Shown here one piece after another: positions 47,156-56,627 of a stretch of DNA of 64,000 nt (within the stretch, counting starts at the first letter, position 1; the number at the start of each line of letters is the position of its first letter). Source of the stretch: an uncultured Candidatus Binatia bacterium (lineage in GTDB: Bacteria > Desulfobacterota > Binatia > UBA9968 > CAXXLF01); contig OZ244621.1 of NCBI GenBank assembly GCA_965218425.1, forward strand, positions 1,920,001 through 1,984,000, read 5' to 3'. The position numbers and the translations under genes are program-made. The notes below the pieces were generated by a model that worked only from the letters and a program-made list of their open reading frames with translations, ran no database searches and was not told where the DNA came from.

Positions 47156-49102
47156 CTAACGGCGCCTGGTCTGCAGTGGACGGTCAATGCCGGATTCGAG
47201 GTCCTTGGATGATGCCTTTTTTCTTCTTTGCTCTTGCGTCATCTGGATGGCGGTTTGTGCAATGGATTCGGTATCGATGCCGCAAATTTTTCTCAGTTCA
47301 GGTTGCGTGCCGTGGACGATAAATTGATCCGGGAGCCCAAGGCATTTCACCTTGAGACCGGTGATACCTTCTACGGCTAGAAGTTCCAGCACGGAACTGC
47401 CAAAACCGCCCTGCAGCACGTGGTCCTCCACCGTGATTATCATCGGCACCCGCTGGGCCAGGTCCAGGAGTAATTCCTTGTCCAGGGGTTTGACGAAACG
47501 AGCGTTGACTACTGCTGCATCAATTCCCAGTTTGGAAAGGTCGTTGGCCGCGTTCAATGCGGGGATCACCGTGTTGCCGATCCCCACAATCCCAAGGTCC
47601 TTCCCTGGGCGCAACAGCTCTCCCTTGCCAATTTCCAAGGCACGCATCTCACCGTCCGTCTCGACTCCCCATCCTTCCCCTCGGGGGTAGCGTAGAGCTA
47701 TGGGTCCATTGTGGTAGACAGCCGTAGCAAGCATATGCTGTAACTCGTTCTCGTTCTTTGGTGCCATGACCACCATATTAGGTATGGATCGCATGTAGGA
47801 GAAATCAAAGGCCCCGTGATGAGTAGGCCCATCGGTTCCCACCAGACCTCCTCGATCCAAGGCAAAAACTACGTGGAGGTTCTGGAGGCAAACGTCATGC
47901 AGGATCTGGTCATAGGCTCTTTGCATAAAGGTGGAATAGATTGCCACCACGGGAACAAGTCCCTCAGCAGCCATGCCTGCTGCAAAGGTCACCGCGTGTT
48001 GCTCGGCCAGTCCCACATCGTAGACTCGGTCGGGTATTTCCTTGGACATCTTATCCAAACCGGTTCCACTCCCCATGGCCGCGGTAATTCCGATGACCTT
48101 TGGGTTTTGTTTGGCCAGCTCGATCAAGGAACGACCGAAAACCTCAGTGTAGGTGGATACCGGGCTTTTCGCCTTCTTTGGCTTGCCCGTGAGCATGTAG
48201 AATGGCGTGACGCTATGGTATCGGATGGGATCCTTCTCTGCGGGTTCATATCCTTTGCCCTTCTGGGTAAGCACGTGAACCAGGGTGGGGCGCTTCAGCT
48301 TCTTTACGTTGTCGAAGGTCTGAACCAATTCCCCGATGCTATGACCGTCGATTGGCCCAACGTACTGAAAGCCCAAGGCCTCGAATAAAATTCCAGGGGT
48401 CACGAGTCCTATAAAGGATTCCTTGATCTTCTTGGCTACGTGGTAAATGTCTCCACTCCTGGGGAGGATCCGAACAATTGAGGTGAGGTGTTTTTCGATC
48501 CTGACCGCGAGATCCGTGGTGAGTTGCTTGCTGAGAAAGGATGATATGGCCCCTACACGCGGATCAATAAAGTGGGCGTTGTCATTGAGGACGACGATCA
48601 AGTCCTTGTCTGAATTTCCGGCCTGGTTCAGTCCTTCAAAGTTGAGGCCTGCGGTCAGGCCACCGTCACTGATCACGGCGACGACTTTGTGGTGGGAGTT
48701 TTCAAATGATTTTGCCTCCACCATGCCGAGGGCCGCGGAAACGGAGGTGCCGGCATGGCCAGCGCCAAAGACATCGTAGACGCTTTCCTCGCGACTCAGA
48801 AAACCGCTGATACCCCCCAGCTGGCGGATGGTGGAGAGCTTCTCACGGCGGCCACAGATGATCTTGTGGGCGTAAGCCTGGTGCCCCGTGTCCCAGATGA
48901 GTCTATCCTTGGGTGTCTCGAAGCTGTAATGGAGTGCCAGGGTGAGTTCCACGGCACCTAGGGTGGATGCAAAATGACCACCCACCTCGGAAACCACTGA
49001 AATGACTTCCTGGCGAAGCTCATCGGCAAGAACATCGAGCTCATCGAGTTTGAGACGCCGCACATCGACTGGATTGTTGATCTTATCTAGAAATTTGCTC
49101 AT
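47156..49102 (-). CDS. dxs: 1-deoxy-D-xylulose-5-phosphate synthase
   Basis: GGHFASTLGAVELT, WDTGHQAYAHK, GHAGTS, GPIDGH, AEQHAVT, DRGGLVGTDGPTHHG. Confidence 0.97.
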   Translation of the reverse strand: MSKFLDKINNPVDVRRLKLDELDVLADELRQEVISVVSEVGGHFASTLGAVELTLALHYSFETPKDRLIWDTGHQAYAHKIICGRREKLSTIRQLGGISGFLSREESVYDVFGAGHAGTSVSAALGMVEAKSFENSHHKVVAVISDGGLTAGLNFEGLNQAGNSDKDLIVVLNDNAHFIDPRVGAISSFLSKQLTTDLAVRIEKHLTSIVRILPRSGDIYHVAKKIKESFIGLVTPGILFEALGFQYVGPIDGHSIGELVQTFDNVKKLKRPTLVHVLTQKGKGYEPAEKDPIRYHSVTPFYMLTGKPKKAKSPVSTYTEVFGRSLIELAKQNPKVIGITAAMGSGTGLDKMSKEIPDRVYDVGLAEQHAVTFAAGMAAEGLVPVVAIYSTFMQRAYDQILHDVCLQNLHVVFALDRGGLVGTDGPTHHGAFDFSYMRSIPNMVVMAPKNENELQHMLATAVYHNGPIALRYPRGEGWGVETDGEMRALEIGKGELLRPGKDLGIVGIGNTVIPALNAANDLSKLGIDAAVVNARFVKPLDKELLLDLAQRVPMIITVEDHVLQGGFGSSVLELLAVEGITGLKVKCLGLPDQFIVHGTQPELRKICGIDTESIAQTAIQMTQEQRRKKASSKDLESGIDRPLQTRRR

Positions 49103-49124
49103 GAAGTCATTGCCTCCTCTCTTT

Positions 49125-49146
49125 ATTTGTTCAATATTTGTTCAAT
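49125..49146. promoter_or_regulatory. Tandem 11-bp direct repeat, CarH-type operator candidate
   Basis: ATTTGTTCAAT twice, just upstream of the dxs RBS. Confidence 0.45.
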
Positions 49147-49356
49147 GAGCAGCTGAAAATTTCTGCACCCTTCCCATGGTCACCCTGGACCATGGGTTTT
49201 GGACCCGCCCAGGGATAGAGCCTAGCACTTGAAGCATGCCTCACGCCACAGCGTAGAGTTTCCTCCCCCTGCGGACATTGGTTCGATCATCCCCAAAACT
49301 ACCTCCTTTTATAATATCAGATTTCCTATCTCTGAGTATACCTGTCGGGCCGAAAA

Positions 49357-49890
49357 ATGACACGGAAATTCAGCGGCATCCTAATTAAAGTCGTGGCCCA
49401 ACGGGCTGGAATTACCCTTGACGCCCTGAGAGCTTGGGAAAAGAGATACGGGGCAGTGGCCCCTGGTCGCTCCACAACCAATCGCCGCCTTTACTCAGAC
49501 GCCGATGTCGAAAGGTTAATTCTTCTTCGTAAGGCAACCATGGCGGGCCGCAGCATTGGCCGGGTAGCGCAGTTGTCTGCCGGGGAACTTGAGGCGCTCG
49601 TGACCGAGGATAAAGCGGCCATCGCTCTCAGCCGTACGGTCCTGATCGAACAGCTCATGGTTCCCTTAATGCACAAGGTTGGGGATTTTTGGGGTGTGGG
49701 TTCATTGAGGATTGCCCAGGAACACATGGCTTCGGCCATCGTGCGTAACGTCCTGGGAAATATGAACGGTACCTTTGAGACCCCCGGCGCCGCGCCGCAC
49801 CTTATAGTAACAACCCCATCGGGACAGAGGCATGAGTTCGGCGCTCTGATTGCGGTGACCACCGCTGCTGCGCTAAGTTGGAGGCATTGA
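49357..49890 (+). pseudogene. MerR-family CarH/LitR-like regulator, internally deleted and truncated
   Basis: LRAWEKRYGAV.P.RS..NRRLYS HTH; W..GSLRIAQEHMAS; HEFGAL then a stop early in the B12 Rossmann domain. Confidence 0.72.
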
Positions 49891-49996
49891 GATTCTAGTA
49901 CCCGGGGACACTTGCCATGTTACTTGCCGTGGGGAATCATTTCACGGTGGACCATACAGGAGTTAACATTTCGAGCCCTCGTCAGGAGGAGGAAAC

Positions 49997-50902
49997 ATGA
50001 AGAAGATTGCGATTACCGGAGCGACCGGTTTTATAGGATCGGCCCTGTGCGATCGGCTGACGGAGTTGGGCCATTCTCTGGTTTTGATTTCGAGCCGGCC
50101 CGCTCCAACGCAACTCCCGCCGAAAAGAGAGTGGGTCACATGGCAACCCGGCCAGCCGGGCCCATGGGAGCAGGCCGTTGACGGTGCAGATGCCGTAATC
50201 AATCTTGCCGGGGAGCCCATTCCGGCAAAGCGGTGGACCCGGGCCCAAAAGGAAAAGATTCGTTCCAGCCGGATCAACACCACTAGAGCGCTGGTGGTGG
50301 CCATGGGCAAGGCCAAGAAGAAACCCGGTCTCCTAATCAATTCATCCGCCATTGGTTTCTACGGACCCCGGGGCGATGAGTCCATCGACGAGGAAACCGA
50401 GCCCGGTAACGATTTCGTTTCCCTGGTCTGCGTTGAGTGGGAGGAGGAGGCTCAAAAGGCAGAGAGTGTAGGTGTCAGGGTGGTATGCCTCCGTACTGGC
50501 ATTGTCCTGGGGAAGGGGGGTGGAGCCCTCAAAAAGATGGCCCTGCCATTTAAACTATTCGCCGGTGGTCCCATAGGGAGTGGGAGCCAATGGGTATCCT
50601 GGATTCAATTGGAAGACGAGGTGGGACTGATTGTGCACCTGCTCCTAAAGGAAGACATCTCGGGAGCGGTCAATGCTACGGCCCCCGCTCCTGTGACCAT
50701 GAAAGTACTGTGTAAAACCCTCGGAAAGGTTTTGCACCGGCCCTCCTGGACGCCGGTTCCAGCCTTTGCCCTACGCGTGCTGATGGGGGAAATGGCAGAC
50801 GTTGTAGTTACCGGCCAGCGGGTGCTACCGGCAAAAGCCCAGCAGTTGGGATACACTTTTAAATACCCTGACCTCACCGAAGCCTTGCGGGCCTCTATTT
50901 AA
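49997..50902 (+). CDS. TIGR01777 family NAD-dependent epimerase/oxidoreductase
   Basis: ITGATGFIG, VINLAGEPI..RWT..QKEKIRSSRI, GSGSQWVSWI, GQRVLP. Confidence 0.93.
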   Translation: MKKIAITGATGFIGSALCDRLTELGHSLVLISSRPAPTQLPPKREWVTWQPGQPGPWEQAVDGADAVINLAGEPIPAKRWTRAQKEKIRSSRINTTRALVVAMGKAKKKPGLLINSSAIGFYGPRGDESIDEETEPGNDFVSLVCVEWEEEAQKAESVGVRVVCLRTGIVLGKGGGALKKMALPFKLFAGGPIGSGSQWVSWIQLEDEVGLIVHLLLKEDISGAVNATAPAPVTMKVLCKTLGKVLHRPSWTPVPAFALRVLMGEMADVVVTGQRVLPAKAQQLGYTFKYPDLTEALRASI

Positions 50903-50927
50903 TATTCAGGTCCACGCCTTTGTTATA

Positions 50928-51920
50928 GGGGTCAGGCCTGGGTATCTTGACAATTATTTAAGACAGGTGATATTAGATCAATGGCTCGCCGTCCTAGGCT
51001 TTTCGCCCCAGGCATTTTGTACCACGTGATTGTCCGTGGCAACCACAAACAAAAAACCTTCCTCTCCCCTCAGGACTACGAAGTTTACTGTGAACGCCTT
51101 GCGCGGTACCAAAACAAATTTCATGTAAGTCTCCATGCCTTCTGTTTCATGCCCAACCACGTTCACCTGTTGCTGGAATGTGGTGAACAGCCATTATCAA
51201 AGTTTATGCAAGGCATCCAGCAATCATATACTCAGTACTTCAATCTTAAAGTACAAAAAAGTAGGTCATCTGTTCCAGGGAAGATACAAGGCGATTATTT
51301 GTGACAAAGATGAGTATCTTTTAGTGCTGGTTCGCTACATTCATCTCAATCCAGTACGGTCGAAACTGGTTAAGAGTCCTGAGCAATATAGGCACAGTAG
51401 CCATGTGCTATACCTCAAGGGAAAGCCGGGCAATGTGGTGGATCCAACCTTTGTCCTCAAGTTGATGGGCGGTCGTAAATCGTATAGGAGATTTGTGCGT
51501 GATGGCGTTGGTGAAGGGCACAAAGACGAATACTATGAATTACGTGACCAGCAGATTCTAGGAACGGATGAATTCGAGCAGAAGTTGAAGGAAGAATCCG
51601 GGAAAAGCTACGAAGCGCCGAAGAAGAAATCGCTAGGAGAGGTCATCAAGCTAGTGGCTCAGCGGATGGGAGTTAACCCACAAGTTCTGAGGGGGCCAGA
51701 TCGAAGTTGGAAGGTTTCAAAGATCAGGACTCTCATCGTCTATGTATTGATAAGACGCTTTGGATTTGGAGTTAAAGAGGTTGCTGATTACTTGAATCGG
51801 GACCCTACGACCTTAACCACTCTGGTTAGCCGCCAATCCAACCGCTATCAGAAGGAAAGGGTGCTACAAGAAGAAGTCGAGAGAATCGCAAAGATTGTTT
51901 AGATATCCAGGCCTGACCTC
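50928..51920 (+). mobile_element. Y1 HUH (RAYT/TnpA-REP-like) element with GGGGTCAGG inverted ends
   Basis: IRs 50928-50955 and 51893-51920 match at 23/28 positions. Confidence 0.85.
50981..51902 (+). pseudogene. Y1 HUH transposase with C-terminal DnaA-like HTH, one frameshift near 51250
   Basis: MARRPR..PGILYHVIVRGN, MPNHVHLL (HUH), YFNLK / YKKVGHLFQGRYKA, RYIHLNPV split over two frames by one extra base. Confidence 0.85.
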
Positions 51921-52029
51921 AATCCACCACAATCCAATTCCCCCAATTCCATAGGTGGCTTTTATTCTCATCCCAAGTCAAACGAACAAGTTGACAGTGC
52001 ATTCATAAATGTGCAAAAGCTAGACCAGC

Positions 52030-52250
52030 GTAAAGCGCTTCTCAGTACTGACTACTGAACAACAGAAAAACAGCAAGCAGTGCGCAGGAAGAAGTGACAA
52101 ATGGTGTAAAGTGTTAAGCGGGAGTGGAAAATTGAATTCAAAAACCGATGGTAATCGATTCTTAACACTGGAGACTTAACACTTCTTGATTGAGAGCTGA
52201 ACACTTTTAACGCTAAGCCTTTTGCGTTATGCGCTTAGCGATTTAGCTTT
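52030..52250. repeat. REP-like 7-mer/palindrome mosaic
   Basis: CTCAGTACT, CAGCAAGCAGT, AAGTGTTAAG...CTTAACACTT, TTGCGTTATGCGCT shared with the 54, 58 and 46 kb spacers. Confidence 0.65.
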
Positions 52251-52279
52251 ATCGGTCTGTGAAAAGAGGGGTAAATACC

Positions 52280-53953
52280 ATGGCCTATGATTTGGTGATT
52301 CGAAACGGTACGGTTATTGACGGCACCGGGAGCCCAGCCTATGAAGCGGATGTTGCGGTGGAGGGGAGTAAAATTGCGGCCATTGGAAAGCAGCTGGGAG
52401 GTGGCCGCACAGAGATTGATGCCCGCGGCAAGGTGGTCTCACCGGGGTTCATCGATCCTCACACCCACATGGACCTCTTTCTTGTCTTGTATCCCCATGG
52501 AAATCCCGTGGTGAATTTTGGTGTGACCACAGTGGTCATTGGCGACTGTGGCGCCTCGGTGGCCCCTGTGCCATCGGGGGACGAGCCGGTCAAGGTCCTA
52601 GTAAAGTATTTGCGCCGTGTACTTGACGACTACATTGATGACAAAGAGTGGAAGTGGAAGACCTTCCCTGAATATTTGGACTATTTTAAAGGGAAGGTTG
52701 GGATTAATGTTGGAGCCTTCGTCCCCCATTCGCCAGTGCGGCTATCGGTAATGGGTGAGGCGGCCTATGCGAGAGAAGCCAGCCCCGATGAACTCGAAGC
52801 CATGAAGAAAATGGTGCGGGAAGGGCTTGATGCCGGGGCCATTGGTTTTTCTTCGAGTCCACGGGGAGGCCCGGCGGTGCACGCCGGAACACCCAGCACC
52901 TTTGCCAATCGTCAGGAGATCGCGGAGCTCGGAAACCTTGCAGGGGAGTACGGTGGCTGTTTTCAGTTCAATGGATTTGGCAATCTCCTCAATCCGGAAA
53001 GCGGCATGACCGATCTGGTAAATCAGATCAACACTAACATGATCGGCAATGAGTTCAGGCTGCATCCAGGAGTAGCTGATGAAGGAACTCGTGCCCTTGA
53101 GTACCTGGAAAAAGCCAAGCAGAGAGGGAAGGACATTACAGGAATCGTCATTCCCTACCAGCATATCAGGCGATTTGGGATCGATGACTGCTTCTTTCTT
53201 GATGGCTTGCCAACATGGGAATCCGTTAAGAAGTCTTCCGAGGGGCTATCCCACCACCTGAAAGACAGAAACGTGAGGGCTAGGCTGGAGAAGGAAAGGA
53301 TCGAAGGCGCCGGTAAACCGGCCTTTCCCGAGTGGCTAGGTTGGGGGAGTATGATTTTTGATCGCATGGAAGACGAGAGTCTCAAATCCTTGGAGACCAA
53401 GACCGTGGAAGAGGTGGCTCGGGCCACTGGAAAGTCTCCGGTGGATACTTTTTTTGACACGTGGCTCCAAGACGGGCTCCGTTCACGCTTCCTGTACAAG
53501 GGCTTGGCCAACGGCAATATGGAGATCCTGGCCGATATGATCAAGTCCCCGCAGGGGCTCATCGGGACCGATGCAGGGGCCCACCTAAATCGCTTTTTCT
53601 GGCATGGGACGCCGGCGCGTATCCTTGGTTACTGGTGTCGGGAGAAGAAGCTCTTTCCATTAGAGGAGGCGGTATGGAAATTGACCGGTCATCCTGCCTC
53701 GAAGCTCAGGCTCAATCGTGGAAACCTCAAGTTGGGGTGGCCCGCCGACATCACGGTCTTTGATGCAGATCAGATTAAAGATCTTGTGAGCGATCGTCTC
53801 CCCGAGAAGGTGGATGACCATGAGGTCTATCGTCATCCCCCCGGAATAGGAGCGGTGGTGGTCAATGGTGAGGTAGTGGTGGAAGAGGGGAAATGTCTGG
53901 ATGCTTTCCCAGGGAAGGTGACCCGACAAGAGCTCTGCATGCCGGGTCTTTAA
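52280..53953 (+). CDS. N-acyl-D-amino-acid deacylase family amidohydrolase
   Basis: DLVIRNGTVIDGTG, PGFIDPHTH, GTDAGAH, LEEAVWKLT..PA, ADITVFD. Confidence 0.92.
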   Translation: MAYDLVIRNGTVIDGTGSPAYEADVAVEGSKIAAIGKQLGGGRTEIDARGKVVSPGFIDPHTHMDLFLVLYPHGNPVVNFGVTTVVIGDCGASVAPVPSGDEPVKVLVKYLRRVLDDYIDDKEWKWKTFPEYLDYFKGKVGINVGAFVPHSPVRLSVMGEAAYAREASPDELEAMKKMVREGLDAGAIGFSSSPRGGPAVHAGTPSTFANRQEIAELGNLAGEYGGCFQFNGFGNLLNPESGMTDLVNQINTNMIGNEFRLHPGVADEGTRALEYLEKAKQRGKDITGIVIPYQHIRRFGIDDCFFLDGLPTWESVKKSSEGLSHHLKDRNVRARLEKERIEGAGKPAFPEWLGWGSMIFDRMEDESLKSLETKTVEEVARATGKSPVDTFFDTWLQDGLRSRFLYKGLANGNMEILADMIKSPQGLIGTDAGAHLNRFFWHGTPARILGYWCREKKLFPLEEAVWKLTGHPASKLRLNRGNLKLGWPADITVFDADQIKDLVSDRLPEKVDDHEVYRHPPGIGAVVVNGEVVVEEGKCLDAFPGKVTRQELCMPGL

Positions 53954-53959
53954 ACTTGT

Positions 53960-54358
53960 TTCTCGCGCCGGCAATTGCAAAGAGCAGAGCGCGATTAGTT
54001 CTGAGTAATATCTAGCTATCAGCGCCGGAAAGGAAGCAGTGGGGAGGAAGCAGCAAGAAATGAAGACAGAAAAGGCGACTCGCGCAAAGCCGCAAAGGGC
54101 GCTCAGTTTGGAGGACCACAGAATTCGTTAAGAATATAACCGCAGATTTGCGCGGGTTATCGCAGAAGAAGAGTTATTTACCGCCGAGACGCAGAGGAGG
54201 TAGAGAGAAATCAGAGATCAGATGTCAGCTAAGAGAATCCGCTTTAACACTGAGAACTAAACACTGAATTGTCGTCTGCGCCGCTGCGGTGATAATCTTT
54301 GCGAGCTTGGCTTAGTCCAAGGCTGATCCGTCCTCTGGCGGAGTCTTGGCACGAAAAA
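53960..54358. repeat. Nested REP-like palindromic mosaic between convergent genes
   Basis: CTCGCGCAAAGCCGCAAAG...CTTTGCGAGCTTGGC; TTACCGCCGAGACGCAGA...TCTGCGCCGCTGCGGTGA; AACCGCAGA..TTATCGCAGA. Confidence 0.75.
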
Positions 54359-54365
54359 CTTTAGT

Positions 54366-55757
54366 CTAAATGGAAGGCCGCTGCTCGTAGTGTTTGGCGT
54401 GTTGCTGATAAGTGTAGGCGGCCTTGATGAGCATGGGCTCGTCAAAAGGCTTTCCCACCATCTGGAGGGCCGTGGGCAGGTGATTGCCGTTAAACCCGCA
54501 GGGAACGCACATGGCTGGAAGTCCGGCCAGATTGAATGGCCCTACAAAGTCAGGCGCCAGGTTTCGATACAGTGTGGCCAGGGGGTCAGCCCCTTCAATA
54601 AGCGGCGCCGGCTGGGGCTGACCTGGCAGGGCCAGGAGGTCTACTTGGCGGAATGTCTTGGCAAGCTCCCGCTTGAGTCGGCTTCGAATCCGTTGAGCCT
54701 GGACGTAGTCGGCTGCACCTGACAGCGCCCCTAAATAGAGCCTGGCCCGTCGTGAAGCAGCGGATGATGCCATCACGGCTGGCAGATCTTTCTTGTGGCC
54801 TGCGAAAAATTCGTTGCTGTAAATCACGGCATTCGCAAGGGTAGCGTAGGAGAGGCTCGGGACGCTGACCTCTTCCAAATGAGCCCCCAGATGCTGCATC
54901 GACTTGAAGGCATCTTCTACCAGCGCCACGATCTCCGGATCAGACCCGTCCGCGCATTCGTTGATGTAATCGCGGGGAATTCCAATTACGACACCCTTAA
55001 GACCTTCACGCAGTGACGCTGAGTAGTGGGGGACGGGAACCCGAATGGAGGTTGGGTCCTTGGAGTCATAGCCAGCTATTGCCTGAAGCATATGGGCGGT
55101 ATCCTCCACAACCCAGGTCATGGGACCGGAATGATCCAAGGACCAGCTCAAGGGGGCAAGACCGTGCCGGCTGACGCGACCGTAGGTGGGCTTGAGCCCC
55201 ACAAGACCGGACAATGAAGCAGGATTTCTAATGGAGCCGGCAGTATCCTCCCCCATGGCGGCCATACAGAGTCCCGCTACGACGGCGGCACCGGGTCCGG
55301 TGCTGGATCCTCCCGTGGCATGATCCAAGTTCCAGGGATTCCGAGATTGCGGGACATCGGGAAGTCCACTCATCATAAGCTTGCCCAACACAACCGCGCC
55401 CGCGTCTTTTAACTTTGCGACCACCGTAGCGTCCACAGTCGTCTCCCGCTCTTCAGCATTTCTAATCCTGATGGCAGCAGGAATACCTTGGAGATCGAAC
55501 TGGTCTTTGACTGCCACGGGAATACCGTGGAGGGGGCCCCTGTAGTGCCCTTGCAGAATCTCGGCCTCGGCAAGGCGTGCCTCCGCCAGTGCAGCCTCCT
55601 CCCTTAGAACATAATAGGCATGGAGCCGCCCATCGACGGCTTCAATGCGATTCAGATAGGCCCGGGTCAGCTCCACGGGAGAAATGGCCCCGCTCTGGAT
55701 GAGACGATGGGAATCGTGGATAGTGAGGTAATGTAGATCTTTGTGATCCGTAGTCAT
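54366..55757 (-). CDS. Amidase signature family protein (GatA/AtzE-like)
   Basis: GPLHGIPVAVKD, NPWNL...GGSSTG, GEDTAGSIRNPA, GLKPTYGRVS. Confidence 0.93.
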   Translation of the reverse strand: MTTDHKDLHYLTIHDSHRLIQSGAISPVELTRAYLNRIEAVDGRLHAYYVLREEAALAEARLAEAEILQGHYRGPLHGIPVAVKDQFDLQGIPAAIRIRNAEERETTVDATVVAKLKDAGAVVLGKLMMSGLPDVPQSRNPWNLDHATGGSSTGPGAAVVAGLCMAAMGEDTAGSIRNPASLSGLVGLKPTYGRVSRHGLAPLSWSLDHSGPMTWVVEDTAHMLQAIAGYDSKDPTSIRVPVPHYSASLREGLKGVVIGIPRDYINECADGSDPEIVALVEDAFKSMQHLGAHLEEVSVPSLSYATLANAVIYSNEFFAGHKKDLPAVMASSAASRRARLYLGALSGAADYVQAQRIRSRLKRELAKTFRQVDLLALPGQPQPAPLIEGADPLATLYRNLAPDFVGPFNLAGLPAMCVPCGFNGNHLPTALQMVGKPFDEPMLIKAAYTYQQHAKHYEQRPSI

Positions 55758-55765
55758 GGCGCACC

Positions 55766-56524
55766 TCAAACTTTCAAGTTCCACTCCGGATGAAAGCTCG
55801 GGGCAATTTCTTCATCATGGAGGTCCACAGAGTGAAGGACCTTGAGCCTCTCCCGGTAGAGTTCCAGCAAAGGTCTAAATTGCTCTATGTCTTTTTCACT
55901 AGGTTCAATACCAGCTTGCCTGAGAAGAACCATTAGAGGGTCACTTTTCGTTCCCGCCCTTTCTCCTTGCCACGCCTGGTCTCCGTTGCCGCTGACCACG
56001 GACGGAAACCAGCCACCGTGCCTGATAAAACCTCGCAGGTATTCTATCTGGCCGGCGTGTCGCATGTTATCGGCAACGATGCTCACGAGCCGGACGGCGA
56101 CAGTGGGCAGGGGTTGATACCTGGGTTCATCCAGGGTCCTCTCGAGATCCTGTGAAGTCAGGGAAGACAGGAAGTCTTTAGTCCGCTCAAAAACCGCATC
56201 AAGGTAACCCAGAAGGATCTGCGGGTCAGGTGCCGCAAAGGAGTCCACCTGTTCAGGTGTCTGCCTATGGCCGCTTGCATAGTCCTTGGGCTCGGGAGGC
56301 ATTCCAAATCGACCATGCCATCCATCGGCAATCCAAATCTGTTGGTGCCCGGATAGTTCAGCGATATTGTGGTCCTGGACACGGGCCATGTGCCAGGCCA
56401 GCCACGCAATATGCGGCTTCGGGCCAGCGAGGAGCTCCCGGAGAGAAAGGTCTTTAACGGCGGCGTGAACAACACCTCGAGCCCGGTCGAGGGCATCGGT
56501 GATCATGCTGGCAGGGCTATCCAT
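55766..56524 (-). CDS. DinB-family protein with a C-terminal extension resembling small amidase partner subunits
   Basis: IAWLAWHMARVQD, RHAGQIEYLRG; tail LLRQAGIEPSEKDIEQFRPL...LHSVDL.DEEIAPSFHP. Confidence 0.8.
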   Translation of the reverse strand: MDSPASMITDALDRARGVVHAAVKDLSLRELLAGPKPHIAWLAWHMARVQDHNIAELSGHQQIWIADGWHGRFGMPPEPKDYASGHRQTPEQVDSFAAPDPQILLGYLDAVFERTKDFLSSLTSQDLERTLDEPRYQPLPTVAVRLVSIVADNMRHAGQIEYLRGFIRHGGWFPSVVSGNGDQAWQGERAGTKSDPLMVLLRQAGIEPSEKDIEQFRPLLELYRERLKVLHSVDLHDEEIAPSFHPEWNLKV

Positions 56525-56627
56525 AACTCCACCTTCCTAACTGCGAATCTGGTTCGCCACTGTCTTATGGGGTTAGCCTCAAGGCGAAGGTAGTCTAGAC
56601 CAATTTCGTTCAATGGGCAAAGGGGCG

